Source: a virus | Taxonomy: Duplodnaviria > Heunggongvirae > Uroviricota > Caudoviricetes | IMG/VR virus record: IMGVR_UViG_3300025018_000115 | Span: 33,363 to 97,362 of that record | Length of the DNA stretch: 64,000 bases | Strand: one strand, 5' to 3' | Shown here: piece by piece, positions 1 to 9,388 of the stretch | Layout: each line of letters begins with the position of its first letter | How positions within the stretch are numbered: the stretch's first letter is position 1 | Program-made: the position numbers and the translations under genes | Notes under the pieces: generated by a model | Databases searched by the model: none | Told to the model about the DNA's origin: nothing | What the model saw: only the letters and a program-made list of their open reading frames with translations

Positions 1-58
1 AACTCTTCTTACTAACGTAGGAAAGGTATGGGATGGAAAGTCTTGGACTGGTTCAGGA

Positions 59-1099
59 ATGAACAAAAGAGCAACTGGTAACCCAGAGTTCAAATGGTTC
101 GAAGATTTCTATGGAGGACGATATGCTAAAGTTGGAGCTACATATTCAACTGGAGCAGTCACAATCACAGTTACTGGCGCAGGATCAAGCTCAGCTTACA
201 TCTTCACAGTAGGTGATGTTATCAAGAACGCACGAACAGGTGAAAACATGCTCGTAGCAACAATCGCCTCAGCAACAACTATTACAGTTGCTGCAGCAGG
301 ACGAGCCTTCGGTACAACAACAGAAGTAGCAGGAGCAGTAGGAGACGGTTTGTTTATCATTGGTAATGCGAACGAGGAAAACGGTGGCGCAAGAAGCGTT
401 AACTCAACTCGATCAACACCACAGACAAACTATACTCAGATCTTTAAAACAACAATTGCTCTTTCAAATACAGAGAAAGAAGCTAACTTGTATGGTGGAA
501 AAGATCTTCCTTATCAAAGAGCTAAAAAAGGTACAGAGCATGCTCTTGATATCGAACGAGCTTTCTGGTGGGGTGAAAAAACTTCAACAACAGGAACACA
601 AGGTCATCCAAAGCGAGGAACAGGAGGTGTACTTGAGTTTATAAACTCAGGAAACTCATATGTTCAGAACCAAGGAGGATCTTTGACAGCTCCAGATTTC
701 AACACATTCCTAAGAGAAGGATTTACATACGGTAACGACACAAAAATGTTGTTTGCTGGTGGAATCACTCTTCAGGCAATTAATGAAATTGCAAGAGGTC
801 AAATCCTTACTAAGTCTCTAGACACAACTTACGGAATGAAGATCAGCACATGGGTAACCGCATTCGGTACAGTGAACATTGTTCACAACCCATTGTTCGT
901 TCAGGATTACGCAGGTTATGCCTTCATGATGGATATGGAGTCATTCAAGTACAGATTCATGAACAATCGAGATACTAGCCTACAGACTAACATCCAAGCA
1001 CCAGATGCCGATGGACAAGTAGACCAGTACCTAACAGAAGCAGGACTACAACGAGAACAAGCACCTAAACATGCTCTATTACTCGGAGTAACAGCCTAA
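59..1099 (+). CDS. putative major capsid / major virion protein
   Basis: The 346-aa ORF has an ATG start and is rich in Thr, Ala and Gly. It sits first in a long structural block and is followed by a long stable hairpin, as is common after highly expressed capsid genes. No diagnostic motif was seen, so the assignment is positional. Confidence 0.4.
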   Translation: MNKRATGNPEFKWFEDFYGGRYAKVGATYSTGAVTITVTGAGSSSAYIFTVGDVIKNARTGENMLVATIASATTITVAAAGRAFGTTTEVAGAVGDGLFIIGNANEENGGARSVNSTRSTPQTNYTQIFKTTIALSNTEKEANLYGGKDLPYQRAKKGTEHALDIERAFWWGEKTSTTGTQGHPKRGTGGVLEFINSGNSYVQNQGGSLTAPDFNTFLREGFTYGNDTKMLFAGGITLQAINEIARGQILTKSLDTTYGMKISTWVTAFGTVNIVHNPLFVQDYAGYAFMMDMESFKYRFMNNRDTSLQTNIQAPDADGQVDQYLTEAGLQREQAPKHALLLGVTA

Positions 1100-1112
1100 C
1101 TCTGTCGTCCAG

Positions 1113-1175
1113 CCTTAGGGCTGGAGTGAGGAACCTCTTATGCTCAACAGGGTTTCTCACTCCGGTCCTAAGCGG
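1113..1175 (+). terminator. long imperfect hairpin with roughly 22-bp arms downstream of the capsid-like gene
   Basis: The arm CCTTAGGGCTGGAGTGAGGAACC pairs with GGTTTCTCACTCCGGTCCTAAGCGG, allowing G-U pairs. No clean U-run follows, so this may be an mRNA-stabilising or terminator hairpin. Confidence 0.45.
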
Positions 1176-1280
1176 GCAAAACTCCTTGGTGTTTGTGGGA
1201 GTATAAATCACAAGCGTGGGTAGGTTCGACCTACTTCCCGATTAGATCACGGGTCATTGATCGTTAAAACAAACATTAAA

Positions 1281-1988
1281 ATGGCATCACAAGATTCATT
1301 AAAAGTACGAGCATTGTTAGGAACAGGTGTAACACGTCAAAATGGTACAAATGGTCCAATTGCAATCCGACTTCGAAAATTGAGCGCAGGTACAGTTACT
1401 TCTGTAACAGTTACAACAGCAACTAACATTGTTATGGTAACTTCAGATGGAGGTACAGATACTTATGCTTTTGCTACTTATACAACTGTCGGTGCTCTAG
1501 CAGACGCTATCAACGCGGACGGTATTTTTGAAGCAAAGCTAATTGACACATTGCGATCACAGTCAACAGATTCAAGTGAATTTGTAACTGGAGCAATATC
1601 ATCAGGAACAGACGGAAACGGTGTGACTATTTGGGACGTTACAATGGATACATCAGTATCTCTAAACATTTCAACAGGTCTTATTCCTTCATACGACTTC
1701 GACTACGTAAAAGGACACCGAGTTCGACTTCAGGAAGTTGTTTACTCAGTAAACATGGGTACAGCAGCAGTAGATAGTTTCCAAATCTGGAGACGACGTG
1801 GAACAACTGAGACACAAGTATTTGGTGCACTTTCTGTAGATACTACAGAGACAACCCTTACTTTTGCTTCAGGAAACGGAACAATTGACGGAAAAGACGA
1901 AGATGAGTTCGTAGTTCTTGTAAAAGATGCTGCAACACTTGCAGACGCAACAGGAAACTTCGTACGAATCGTAGGAATTGTAGAATAG
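1281..1988 (+). CDS. hypothetical virion protein
   Basis: The ORF track starts at a TTG at 1257. The first ATG is at 1281 (MASQDSL...). The product is Thr/Ser-rich and lies between structural genes. Confidence 0.4.
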   Translation: MASQDSLKVRALLGTGVTRQNGTNGPIAIRLRKLSAGTVTSVTVTTATNIVMVTSDGGTDTYAFATYTTVGALADAINADGIFEAKLIDTLRSQSTDSSEFVTGAISSGTDGNGVTIWDVTMDTSVSLNISTGLIPSYDFDYVKGHRVRLQEVVYSVNMGTAAVDSFQIWRRRGTTETQVFGALSVDTTETTLTFASGNGTIDGKDEDEFVVLVKDAATLADATGNFVRIVGIVE

Positions 1989-2070
1989 TCTTAGGTAACT
2001 CTGACTTTATAGGTAAGATAAGGAAACTTGTCTTACTTATTAAGGTCAGAGAGGGGTAGTATTAGAAATT

Positions 2071-2730
2071 ATGAATAAAAATATGTCAACAAAATTTGTA
2101 AGCAAGAACGCTAATTATATGGTGGTTTTAAAACCAGGAATGGAAGGAAATCGAGCTCTCGGTGTCCATGCTGTCCCTGGTATTTACGTTAGATTTCAGT
2201 CTGGAGTATTAGATGTTCCAGAAAAAGATTCTGCGATAGTAGAAATGTTAAGAGAGCACCCTTCTTTTGGAAATGATTTTGTAGAAATAAAAGAAGAGGA
2301 TGTAGATCCTTATGTAGATACACGTAGTGATATTGAACCAGATCATATGATACAAGAGATAAAATATGGTCATGCAGAAAAAATGATAGGTTCAGCACCT
2401 AAAACAAAGTTGACACCACAAATGAGAAAACTCATTGAAAACGAAGCTTTGAAAATGCTACCTTCTCTTTTGGAGAAAAATCCAGATATTTTGAAGGATA
2501 TGATACTAAAATTAGCGAGTGGAATGGACAAAGGTGACGAAACACCAGTTGCACCAGTAATGAAGCCGGCAGAGGCACAAAAAGCCCCTATTATAACCGC
2601 TCCAGAGCCTGTTGAAGACGAGTCAGATTTTCAAGATTTGCCAGAAGAGATAGACGGGGAAGCTCCTGTAGAGGAAGTTAATGGGGAAAAACCAGTTGAA
2701 AAAAAGAAATCAAAAACATCAAAGAAATAG
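2071..2730 (+). CDS. hypothetical protein with acidic middle and Lys-rich C-terminus
   Basis: The 219-aa ORF has a Glu/Asp-rich segment followed by a KKKSKTSKK tail. Confidence 0.45.
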   Translation: MNKNMSTKFVSKNANYMVVLKPGMEGNRALGVHAVPGIYVRFQSGVLDVPEKDSAIVEMLREHPSFGNDFVEIKEEDVDPYVDTRSDIEPDHMIQEIKYGHAEKMIGSAPKTKLTPQMRKLIENEALKMLPSLLEKNPDILKDMILKLASGMDKGDETPVAPVMKPAEAQKAPIITAPEPVEDESDFQDLPEEIDGEAPVEEVNGEKPVEKKKSKTSKK

Positions 2731-2751
2731 TATCTTTTTAGGTTAGACAAA

Positions 2752-2769
2752 AAGGGACTATGTTATAAT
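2752..2769 (+). promoter_or_regulatory. extended -10 promoter motif AAGGGACTATGTTATAAT
   Basis: This is a member of the recurring AAGGACT-TGnTATAAT family, placed 38 nt upstream of the 2807 ORF. Confidence 0.45.
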
Positions 2770-2806
2770 GTGCGTATACAAGATATACATTTAATAATTT
2801 ACCAAT

Positions 2807-3499
2807 ATGTCTAATCAATACTTTAATTTCTATTACGATCCAATTCGTCAAGGATATGATACTTCTACATGGAAGACCATTTTTGGTGATGCTCCTGTAG
2901 CAGGCGCAAATAAGCTGCTTATAGCGCCACAATCAAGTTTCATTCATTACGGTGATATTTTGAGGGGGGACGCTTCTATAAACCTTAATCTTCCAGCCCC
3001 AGCTTCTGGAGACGATAAAAAGTTCGGGTTCGCACAACTTGGCAAGGACGCGTATATCTATTTCCAAATCGTAAATGGTGCTTTCACAGCAGAGACATCA
3101 AACGGGACAACCACTAACTCAGTGACAATAGAATGGCAGACAGCTTGGTCAGATGCAGACATTTCATACAGGATTAAATGGGAGGCAGGACGAGCGATAT
3201 TCTATGTAAATGAGATAGAACAAGCTGTTATTGCAGATGCTTCTGTTTCTGGTGACCCATTGAGTATTTATGTTAACAACAACAGTGAAGTTACAATGTT
3301 GTTTAATCACGTAAATGTAAAAGGAATTCAGTCATACATGTTCTCATCAGGAAATGAAGACTCAGCATTCGCTCCGGTTGTTTATGAAGCAGATCGAGTC
3401 TCTATTTCTGAAAGTGTTACAATCTATATAACCAGATTTGATGTCTCTGTGTTTGATTCTCTAAGCATGACAGAAGATATTACTGTGGCAATTGTCTAG
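2807..3499 (+). CDS. hypothetical structural protein
   Basis: A 230-aa ORF within the structural block. Confidence 0.45.
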   Translation: MSNQYFNFYYDPIRQGYDTSTWKTIFGDAPVAGANKLLIAPQSSFIHYGDILRGDASINLNLPAPASGDDKKFGFAQLGKDAYIYFQIVNGAFTAETSNGTTTNSVTIEWQTAWSDADISYRIKWEAGRAIFYVNEIEQAVIADASVSGDPLSIYVNNNSEVTMLFNHVNVKGIQSYMFSSGNEDSAFAPVVYEADRVSISESVTIYITRFDVSVFDSLSMTEDITVAIV

Positions 3500-3510
3500 C
3501 CTTAAACATT

Positions 3511-3549
3511 AAAAAAAATACAATATTTTAAAATGTTGTATTTTTTTTT
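3511..3549 (+). terminator. AT-rich hairpin plus T-run
   Basis: AAAAAAAATACAA, a loop, then TTGTATTTTTTTTT immediately after the stop at 3499. Confidence 0.4.
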
Positions 3550-3651
3550 AATTATATTGTATAATAAATATGTTAAAGACAGTTGGATATGAATATAAAC
3601 TATATTGGACGTTAATCTAGATTAGTGTTTTATTATTTAGGGAAAAAAGAC

Positions 3652-4137
3652 ATGAAGAAAACAAACAGTCATTCAGACGGAATGAGTGTGCGAGGGTTCT
3701 TCCGAGTCCAAATCACTGAAGACGGAAAAGGCGTCACAGGTGACTCTGGATGGAAGGAAAACCAAATTACTAACGACGGAATACGTCAGTATCTAGTAGA
3801 CTGGCTAACTTCAGGAGCTGGTAAGAGTGTAACGCACATGGCGCTGGGAACAGGAGGAGCTCCTGCATCAAACGCTACATCACTTTCAGGTGAAGTAGAG
3901 GTAAGAGCAGGGGTATCAAGTTCTATTGTAGCTTCAGGAACAGCACAGTTTACAGGAGCATTCGCTTCAGCAAACAGTTTTGTTACAGCTACAGCAGCGA
4001 TTTCAAACATTGGATTGTTCGAAACATCAACAGCAGGCGCAGGTACCTTGTTCGCAGGGAATACATTCGCTTCAAGTTCATGCGCGACAAACCAGTCTGT
4101 CAACGCTACATATCAAATAAGATTTGCATCAGCATAA
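3652..4137 (+). CDS. hypothetical Ala/Ser/Thr-rich virion protein
   Basis: The track starts at a GTG at 3625. The ATG at 3652 is preceded by GGGAAAAAAGAC. The composition is typical of structural proteins. Confidence 0.4.
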   Translation: MKKTNSHSDGMSVRGFFRVQITEDGKGVTGDSGWKENQITNDGIRQYLVDWLTSGAGKSVTHMALGTGGAPASNATSLSGEVEVRAGVSSSIVASGTAQFTGAFASANSFVTATAAISNIGLFETSTAGAGTLFAGNTFASSSCATNQSVNATYQIRFASA

Positions 4138-4210
4138 TCACTGTTTGTCAAGTAGTAAATATTGAAAAGAAAGTATATAATTCACCTACTATTAGTAGGT
4201 GTTTTATATT

Positions 4211-4915
4211 ATGAAAAATTACAAAAACGTGTGTAGCAAAGAAGATCTAATAAGGCATTATATAAAGGAAAGACTTCCTGTATCTAAGATAGCGATGAAA
4301 TATGGAGTTACCCATAAGACAATGGCTAAAGCTATGATTTTTCATGGCGTGAGTATTCGGGGTAGAATTTCTTCAAATCAGTTTTTAAGAGATAAGAAGT
4401 GGTTAAAAAAGAAATATCTAGAGGAAAAACTTTCAGTTAGGGCTATATCTGAAGAATGTGGGGGAACCAGAGGTAATGTGTACTCAGCACTTAAATATGC
4501 AGGTATTCCTATGAGAACAGTAAAGGAAGGAATTGCTTTAACAAATAGGATGGGCCCAGCATCTGGGAATTGGAAGGGAGGGAGACGTCTCGCTGGGGCC
4601 CGTGGTAAGTATATTCAAATTCTGACTCATGGGCATCCTTGGGCTAACGCAGATAACTATGTTATGGAACATCGTCTTATTATGGAGAAGAAGTTAGGCC
4701 GATATCTTACAAAAAATGAAATAGTCCACCACAAAGACGGAAATGGGCATAATAATAAAATAAGCAACCTCCAACTGACTACTAAGAAAAAGCACTTCCA
4801 GGATCATTTTGACGGTGTTAAGTCAGTTAAAAAGCACAAAACATCAGTAAAAGATCTTAAAAAAGAAATTATTCGCCTGAAAAAGCTTCTTGATGAAAAT
4901 GGAATACTGTATTAG
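4211..4915 (+). CDS. HNH homing endonuclease
   Basis: The C-terminal HNH motif is HHKDGNGHNNKISNLQL. The N-terminus carries duplicated HTH-like modules (VSKIAMKYGVTHKTMAKA and LSVRAISEECGGTRGNVYSALKYAG). The track start is a GTG at 4199, and the first ATG is at 4211. Confidence 0.7.
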   Translation: MKNYKNVCSKEDLIRHYIKERLPVSKIAMKYGVTHKTMAKAMIFHGVSIRGRISSNQFLRDKKWLKKKYLEEKLSVRAISEECGGTRGNVYSALKYAGIPMRTVKEGIALTNRMGPASGNWKGGRRLAGARGKYIQILTHGHPWANADNYVMEHRLIMEKKLGRYLTKNEIVHHKDGNGHNNKISNLQLTTKKKHFQDHFDGVKSVKKHKTSVKDLKKEIIRLKKLLDENGILY

Positions 4916-4981
4916 AAAGGGGTTTTTGCTTTGTGTAAAAAGTATGGTACAATTTATTGAAATTATTATAAATTATGAAAT

Positions 4982-5560
4982 ATGAAAAAACAAAAAAACA
5001 AAAGCAAGATTGAAAAAAAGAAAGTTTCTTATGTTGACATTGGGTGTGGAGCAAATAAAGCAGGAGAGCATTTTTTCGGTATTGATTACCGAGCTCTTCC
5101 TGGAGTAGATTTGGTGCAAGACCTAGAAAAGTTTCCATGGAAGGTTCCATCAGAATCTTTTAATACAGCTGTTTCTAGTCACGTAATAGAGCACATTAAC
5201 CCTGCCCAGGGTGTTTTTATTAAGTTTATGAATGAGGCGTGGAGAATACTTAAACCAGAGGGAGAGTTCATTATAGGAGCTCCATATGCTACCTCTGTTG
5301 GTATGTTTAGAGACCCCACCCACTGTAATTTCATTAACGAAGAAACTTGGAGTTATTTTGATCCAGATGACCAGTTTTACCATGGTGGGTTGTATGGAAT
5401 ATATGCACCGCTTCCTTGGAGAATAAAAATAAACACATGGCATTCAAATGGAAACATTGAAGTTGTTCTTGTCAAACGAGAAATACAAAAGGGATTAAAC
5501 GTTGACAAAGAATATCTTAAGGAGCTTGCAAAGCATACTAAAATGACTAAAAACATATAA
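4982..5560 (+). CDS. class I SAM-dependent methyltransferase (Methyltransf_11-like)
   Basis: Motif I is VDIGCGANKAG. The acidic motif II is FGIDY. Motif III-like sequence is SSHVIEHI. Confidence 0.6.
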   Translation: MKKQKNKSKIEKKKVSYVDIGCGANKAGEHFFGIDYRALPGVDLVQDLEKFPWKVPSESFNTAVSSHVIEHINPAQGVFIKFMNEAWRILKPEGEFIIGAPYATSVGMFRDPTHCNFINEETWSYFDPDDQFYHGGLYGIYAPLPWRIKINTWHSNGNIEVVLVKREIQKGLNVDKEYLKELAKHTKMTKNI

Positions 5561-5562
5561 TT

Positions 5563-6513
5563 ATGAAAAAAACAAAAAAAAAGCTTAATAAGCTTACAAA
5601 AGATACCAATGTTAAAAAGATGAGAAATGATTATTCCTCTTGGGGTCAAATAAGACAGGAATTAGACAAGAATCCAGCTTCTCATAATGCTACGTGGACG
5701 AACAGAATCCTTATTGCCATACCAACAACTGGTTTGGTTAGAATAGAATGGATGATGGCTAGATATGGGCAGGTTATACCAACAAATTGGTCTCAGGTAG
5801 AAATGGTGCAATGGATGTCAACTTACGTCCCTCTTGAGTACCAACTTCCTGATGCAGAGAACCTTATTGCTAAAAAGGTTGTCGAAGGAGATTACGAGTG
5901 GTTCTTATCGATAGAACAAGACAATCTTATCCCCCCAGATGCATTTTTACGACTAAATGAGTACATGACAGAGAATAAAACACCAATTATTTCTGGGCTA
6001 TATTACACAAAATCACACCCAGCTGAACCTATTCTTTATAGAGGAAGAGGAAACGGGTCTTTCAGAGACTTTAAGCTTGGAGATAAGGTATGGTGCGACG
6101 GTATTCCGTTTGGATTCACACTAATCCATGGATCTATTATAAAGGCTCTTTGGAACGAAAGTGAAGAATATATGGTTGGGAATGAGGTTACCAGGAGAGT
6201 TTTCTCTCTTCCAAACTACAATGTTGGGAACTTTGGTTTTGAAAATAAGGAAGATGACCCAGAGGCTCCTGCTGACGGACGTTTTGCCTATACCAGAGGG
6301 ACAACCGACCTTGCCTTCTGTAAACGAGTTATGAAGGATAAAATCTTCGAAAAAGCAGGATGGCCGGAATATCAGAAGAAGAAATATCCATTTCTTGTAG
6401 ATACAAATATCCTTGTGCAACACATAGATAATACAGGGAGACAGTACCCATTAGGAGGAGTTCCTCTTCAAAACGCCCCTGTTAAGGGACGAAAGTCAAA
6501 AGAAATCAAATAG
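5563..6513 (+). CDS. putative glycosyltransferase (GT-A/GT2-like fold)
   Basis: The N-terminal ILIAIPTTGLVRIEW resembles the GT2 Rossmann start. A possible DxD-like segment is SIEQDNLIPPD. No exact catalytic match was found. Confidence 0.35.
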   Translation: MKKTKKKLNKLTKDTNVKKMRNDYSSWGQIRQELDKNPASHNATWTNRILIAIPTTGLVRIEWMMARYGQVIPTNWSQVEMVQWMSTYVPLEYQLPDAENLIAKKVVEGDYEWFLSIEQDNLIPPDAFLRLNEYMTENKTPIISGLYYTKSHPAEPILYRGRGNGSFRDFKLGDKVWCDGIPFGFTLIHGSIIKALWNESEEYMVGNEVTRRVFSLPNYNVGNFGFENKEDDPEAPADGRFAYTRGTTDLAFCKRVMKDKIFEKAGWPEYQKKKYPFLVDTNILVQHIDNTGRQYPLGGVPLQNAPVKGRKSKEIK

Positions 6514-6528
6514 GACTGTGATATAATT
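6513..6528 (+). promoter_or_regulatory. extended -10 promoter AGGACTGTGATATAAT
   Basis: Same motif family. TATAAT at 6522-6527 lies 8 nt before the ATG at 6536, which suggests a leaderless or near-leaderless transcript. Confidence 0.45.
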
Positions 6529-6535
6529 GTCTCAT

Positions 6536-7783
6536 ATGGCAATAGAACTACCAACAGCATCCACCCCGTTAAATAATCCGAGTCACTCTGCTTTTCACAG
6601 AATAGTAGCAGCTGACCCAGCAGCACCAGAGCAGTCAATTACAGTTGACGGCGCTGGTGCTATTGGTTTTGCAGGAGCTGTTACGGTTACAACTTCAATC
6701 ACAGGCTCATACCTTACAGCTAGTGAAATTTTAATCACAGACGGTTCAAAGAATATTGTATCCGCACCAGTTGCAACATATCCCTCACTTACAGAACTTT
6801 CTTATGTTAAAGGAGCAACAGGTCCAATACAGACACAATTAAACGCAAAACAAGCAACTATTACATTTGGAACTGGTGTAGAAACAGCTCTTGGAGTAAA
6901 TATTGGCTCAGCAGGGGCACCAATAGTATTTGACGGAGATGCAGGAACACCATCAGCTCTCGTGGGAACTAACATATCAGGCTCAGCAACAAACCTTACA
7001 TCAGGAATAACTAACGCATTAAAGTCAGCAACAACAACTGTAAACGTATCATCAGCAACCGCACCAACATCAGGTCAGGTTCTTACGGCAACTTCAGGAA
7101 CCGCAGCAACTTGGCAGACACCATCTGGCGGAGGTAATACATACTTCAACAACGAATACATAGACCAGTCAGGAGGTACATCAGATACTTACGGAGCTTT
7201 ATCAGGCACAATTAACGGCTCAAACACAACCTTTACAGTATCTCAATCAGTTTATACAACTGGAACACTTACGGTCTATCTAAACGGACAAGCACAAACA
7301 CAAGGCTCTGGAGAAGACTGGACAGAAACTACACCAGCTTCAGGAACTTTTGATTTTGCAGTAGCTCCAGTATCAGGAGATGAAATATTAGTTACTTATC
7401 AATCACAAACACTTTCAAGCGATACGGTAGTGGTAACAACAGGTGCTCAAACACTTGAAGATAAAGCAATCACAAAAAGAGTAGTCACAACCACAGATGA
7501 CGCTACAGCAGTTATAGACGTTGCAGTTACAGATATATATGAACTAACCGCAATAGCAAACGCCACAACATTCTCATTTACAGGAACACCAGTAGACGGA
7601 CAGAATATAGTAATACGCTTTAAAGACGCAGGGGTAACAAAAGGATTAACTTGGACAGGATTCACAGCAATAGGGGTAACACTACCCACAGCAACAACAG
7701 CTGGTAAATGGACATACGTGGGCGTAATTTACAACGCAGGTGCAAGCCAGTACCAAGTAGTAGCAGTAACTACCGAAGCATAA
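6536..7783 (+). CDS. Thr/Ser/Gly-rich tail-fibre-like protein
   Basis: About 415 aa. The track start is a TTG at 6527 and the first ATG is at 6536. Composition is extreme for T, S, G and A, with beta-rich repeats. Confidence 0.5.
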   Translation: MAIELPTASTPLNNPSHSAFHRIVAADPAAPEQSITVDGAGAIGFAGAVTVTTSITGSYLTASEILITDGSKNIVSAPVATYPSLTELSYVKGATGPIQTQLNAKQATITFGTGVETALGVNIGSAGAPIVFDGDAGTPSALVGTNISGSATNLTSGITNALKSATTTVNVSSATAPTSGQVLTATSGTAATWQTPSGGGNTYFNNEYIDQSGGTSDTYGALSGTINGSNTTFTVSQSVYTTGTLTVYLNGQAQTQGSGEDWTETTPASGTFDFAVAPVSGDEILVTYQSQTLSSDTVVVTTGAQTLEDKAITKRVVTTTDDATAVIDVAVTDIYELTAIANATTFSFTGTPVDGQNIVIRFKDAGVTKGLTWTGFTAIGVTLPTATTAGKWTYVGVIYNAGASQYQVVAVTTEA

Positions 7784-7784
7784 T

Positions 7785-8534
7785 ATGGCACGAGCAACAG
7801 GAGGAACAATTACAACAGACGGGGACTACACAATCCACACTTTTACGACAAGTGGTACTTTTACCCCAGATGCTACACTTTCTGCTGTTGAAATTTTGCT
7901 TATCGCTGGAGGAGGAGGAGGAGGATCTAACGTAGGTGGAGGAGGTGGAGCTGGAGAATATGTTTACCGAGAAAGTTATGATGTAACACCAGAAAACGGA
8001 TATACAGTAACAGTAGGTACAGGAGGACTTACAAACGTATCAGGAACTAATAGTAGTTTTGACTTTCTTACAGCTCTTGGAGGAGGAGAGGGTGGAACTG
8101 CTGACGAGGTAGGAGATAACGGAGGTTCTGCTGGGGGAGGTGGACGTGGAGCTAGTGGTGGGCTTGCAACAGCTTCTGACGGAGTTGGAAATGACGGAGG
8201 TAGCAGAGATACTGCTGGGGGTACTGGTGGAGCAGGTGGAGGTGGAGCAAGTACCGCTGGAGTAGACGGAAGTGCAGAAACTACAGGTACAGCAGGAGGT
8301 GACGGACTTGTAAATACTATTTCAGGTTCTTCTGTAACTTACTGTGAGGGTGGAGATGGAGGCGATTATGGCGCTGGAACAGGAGCAGACGCTACTACTT
8401 ATGGTTCAGGTGGAGATGGTGGTGGAACTGGAAATGCTGACGGAGGGACTGGCTCTGACGGAATCGCAATATTTAAATATTTAACTACCGTACCAAGCAC
8501 AAATAATTCAGGCTTCTTAGCATTAATGTTATAA
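7785..8534 (+). CDS. glycine-rich virion protein
   Basis: 249 aa with long GGGGGG, GGDGG and GTGGAGG runs. Confidence 0.5.
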   Translation: MARATGGTITTDGDYTIHTFTTSGTFTPDATLSAVEILLIAGGGGGGSNVGGGGGAGEYVYRESYDVTPENGYTVTVGTGGLTNVSGTNSSFDFLTALGGGEGGTADEVGDNGGSAGGGGRGASGGLATASDGVGNDGGSRDTAGGTGGAGGGGASTAGVDGSAETTGTAGGDGLVNTISGSSVTYCEGGDGGDYGAGTGADATTYGSGGDGGGTGNADGGTGSDGIAIFKYLTTVPSTNNSGFLALML

Positions 8535-8541
8535 TATATAT

Positions 8542-8937
8542 ATGGCACAAACAAAATTAAAAGTAACACAGACCGCAGACTCACTCCGAAGTAATGGAGT
8601 AGGTTGGTCATCATCAGCCGCACCCTCAACAGGTGATGTTGGTCTTTACCCTAAATTCCCAGTAGCTGGGACAATATCATCTGTTACTATCACAGTAGAT
8701 GCAGGAACAATGACAGTTAAATTCTGGAAAATCGCAGCGGGCACAGCCGTTCCTACTATCACAAACGTGATAAACACATCGGGAATTTCAATTTCATCAG
8801 GAACAGTATTGTACACAACAACCCTAACAGACTTCACATCGACTGCAGTAACAGCAGGGGATATATTCGGAATGGACATCACAGCCGTTTCAGGTGTTGG
8901 TAGTTATACTGTAGAATTAGGAATAACAAAATCTTAA
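8542..8937 (+). CDS. hypothetical small structural protein
   Basis: 131 aa. The upstream TGTTATAAT at 8527-8535 ends 7 nt before the ATG. Confidence 0.45.
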   Translation: MAQTKLKVTQTADSLRSNGVGWSSSAAPSTGDVGLYPKFPVAGTISSVTITVDAGTMTVKFWKIAAGTAVPTITNVINTSGISISSGTVLYTTTLTDFTSTAVTAGDIFGMDITAVSGVGSYTVELGITKS

Positions 8938-8938
8938 T

Positions 8939-9214
8939 ATGAATTATTTTTACCTAACAACAAACACACTCAACAGAGAGCCTGACGTAATAAAGTCAGA
9001 GGACTATTGCCACGTCAAAGGAAAGACAGACGGCTCACAAACTCTTATCATAGTAGAAAAGAAATTAAAGCATAAAGACTTACAGGAACTTACACAGGAA
9101 GAAGCACAGGCTACTCTTGATGGCTGGATAGACGAAGAAAACCTAACACCAAGTAAAGACCCAGAGGGTAACGATATGTTACAAACTAGAATTGATTTAA
9201 ATAAATTTATATGA
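8939..9214 (+). CDS. hypothetical protein
   Basis: A 91-aa ORF. Confidence 0.35.
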   Translation: MNYFYLTTNTLNREPDVIKSEDYCHVKGKTDGSQTLIIVEKKLKHKDLQELTQEEAQATLDGWIDEENLTPSKDPEGNDMLQTRIDLNKFI

Positions 9215-9232
9215 AAGATATATACCGAGATA

Positions 9233-9388
9233 TGGCAAAAATACAAAGAATAAGACGTGTCAGCTTGAAAAAGAACGAGAAGCTTATTTTTACTGCCGCC
9301 AAAAAAGCGATGAAATCTTCGGATTACCATACAATGATTCAAAGGTTGAAACAAAAAGATGAGCAGATTAAATTAAAGAAAAACTAAT
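9233..9388 (+). CDS. small basic protein, 51 aa, not in the ORF track
   Basis: The ATG at 9233 opens MAKIQRIRRVSLKKNEK..., with the stop at 9386-9388 abutting the next gene's ATG. Confidence 0.25.

Noticed and set aside
360-644. 94-aa ORF in an alternative frame inside the capsid-like gene
   Set aside because: It is fully nested within a longer, better-supported ORF and has a low-complexity Gln/Lys composition, so it is an overlapping-frame artefact.
4141-4180. TTGTCA...TATATAAT as an additional sigma70 promoter upstream of the HNH gene at 4211
   Set aside because: The spacing between the -35-like and -10-like hexamers is about 24 nt, too long for a functional sigma70 promoter. Only the -10-like element might be real.
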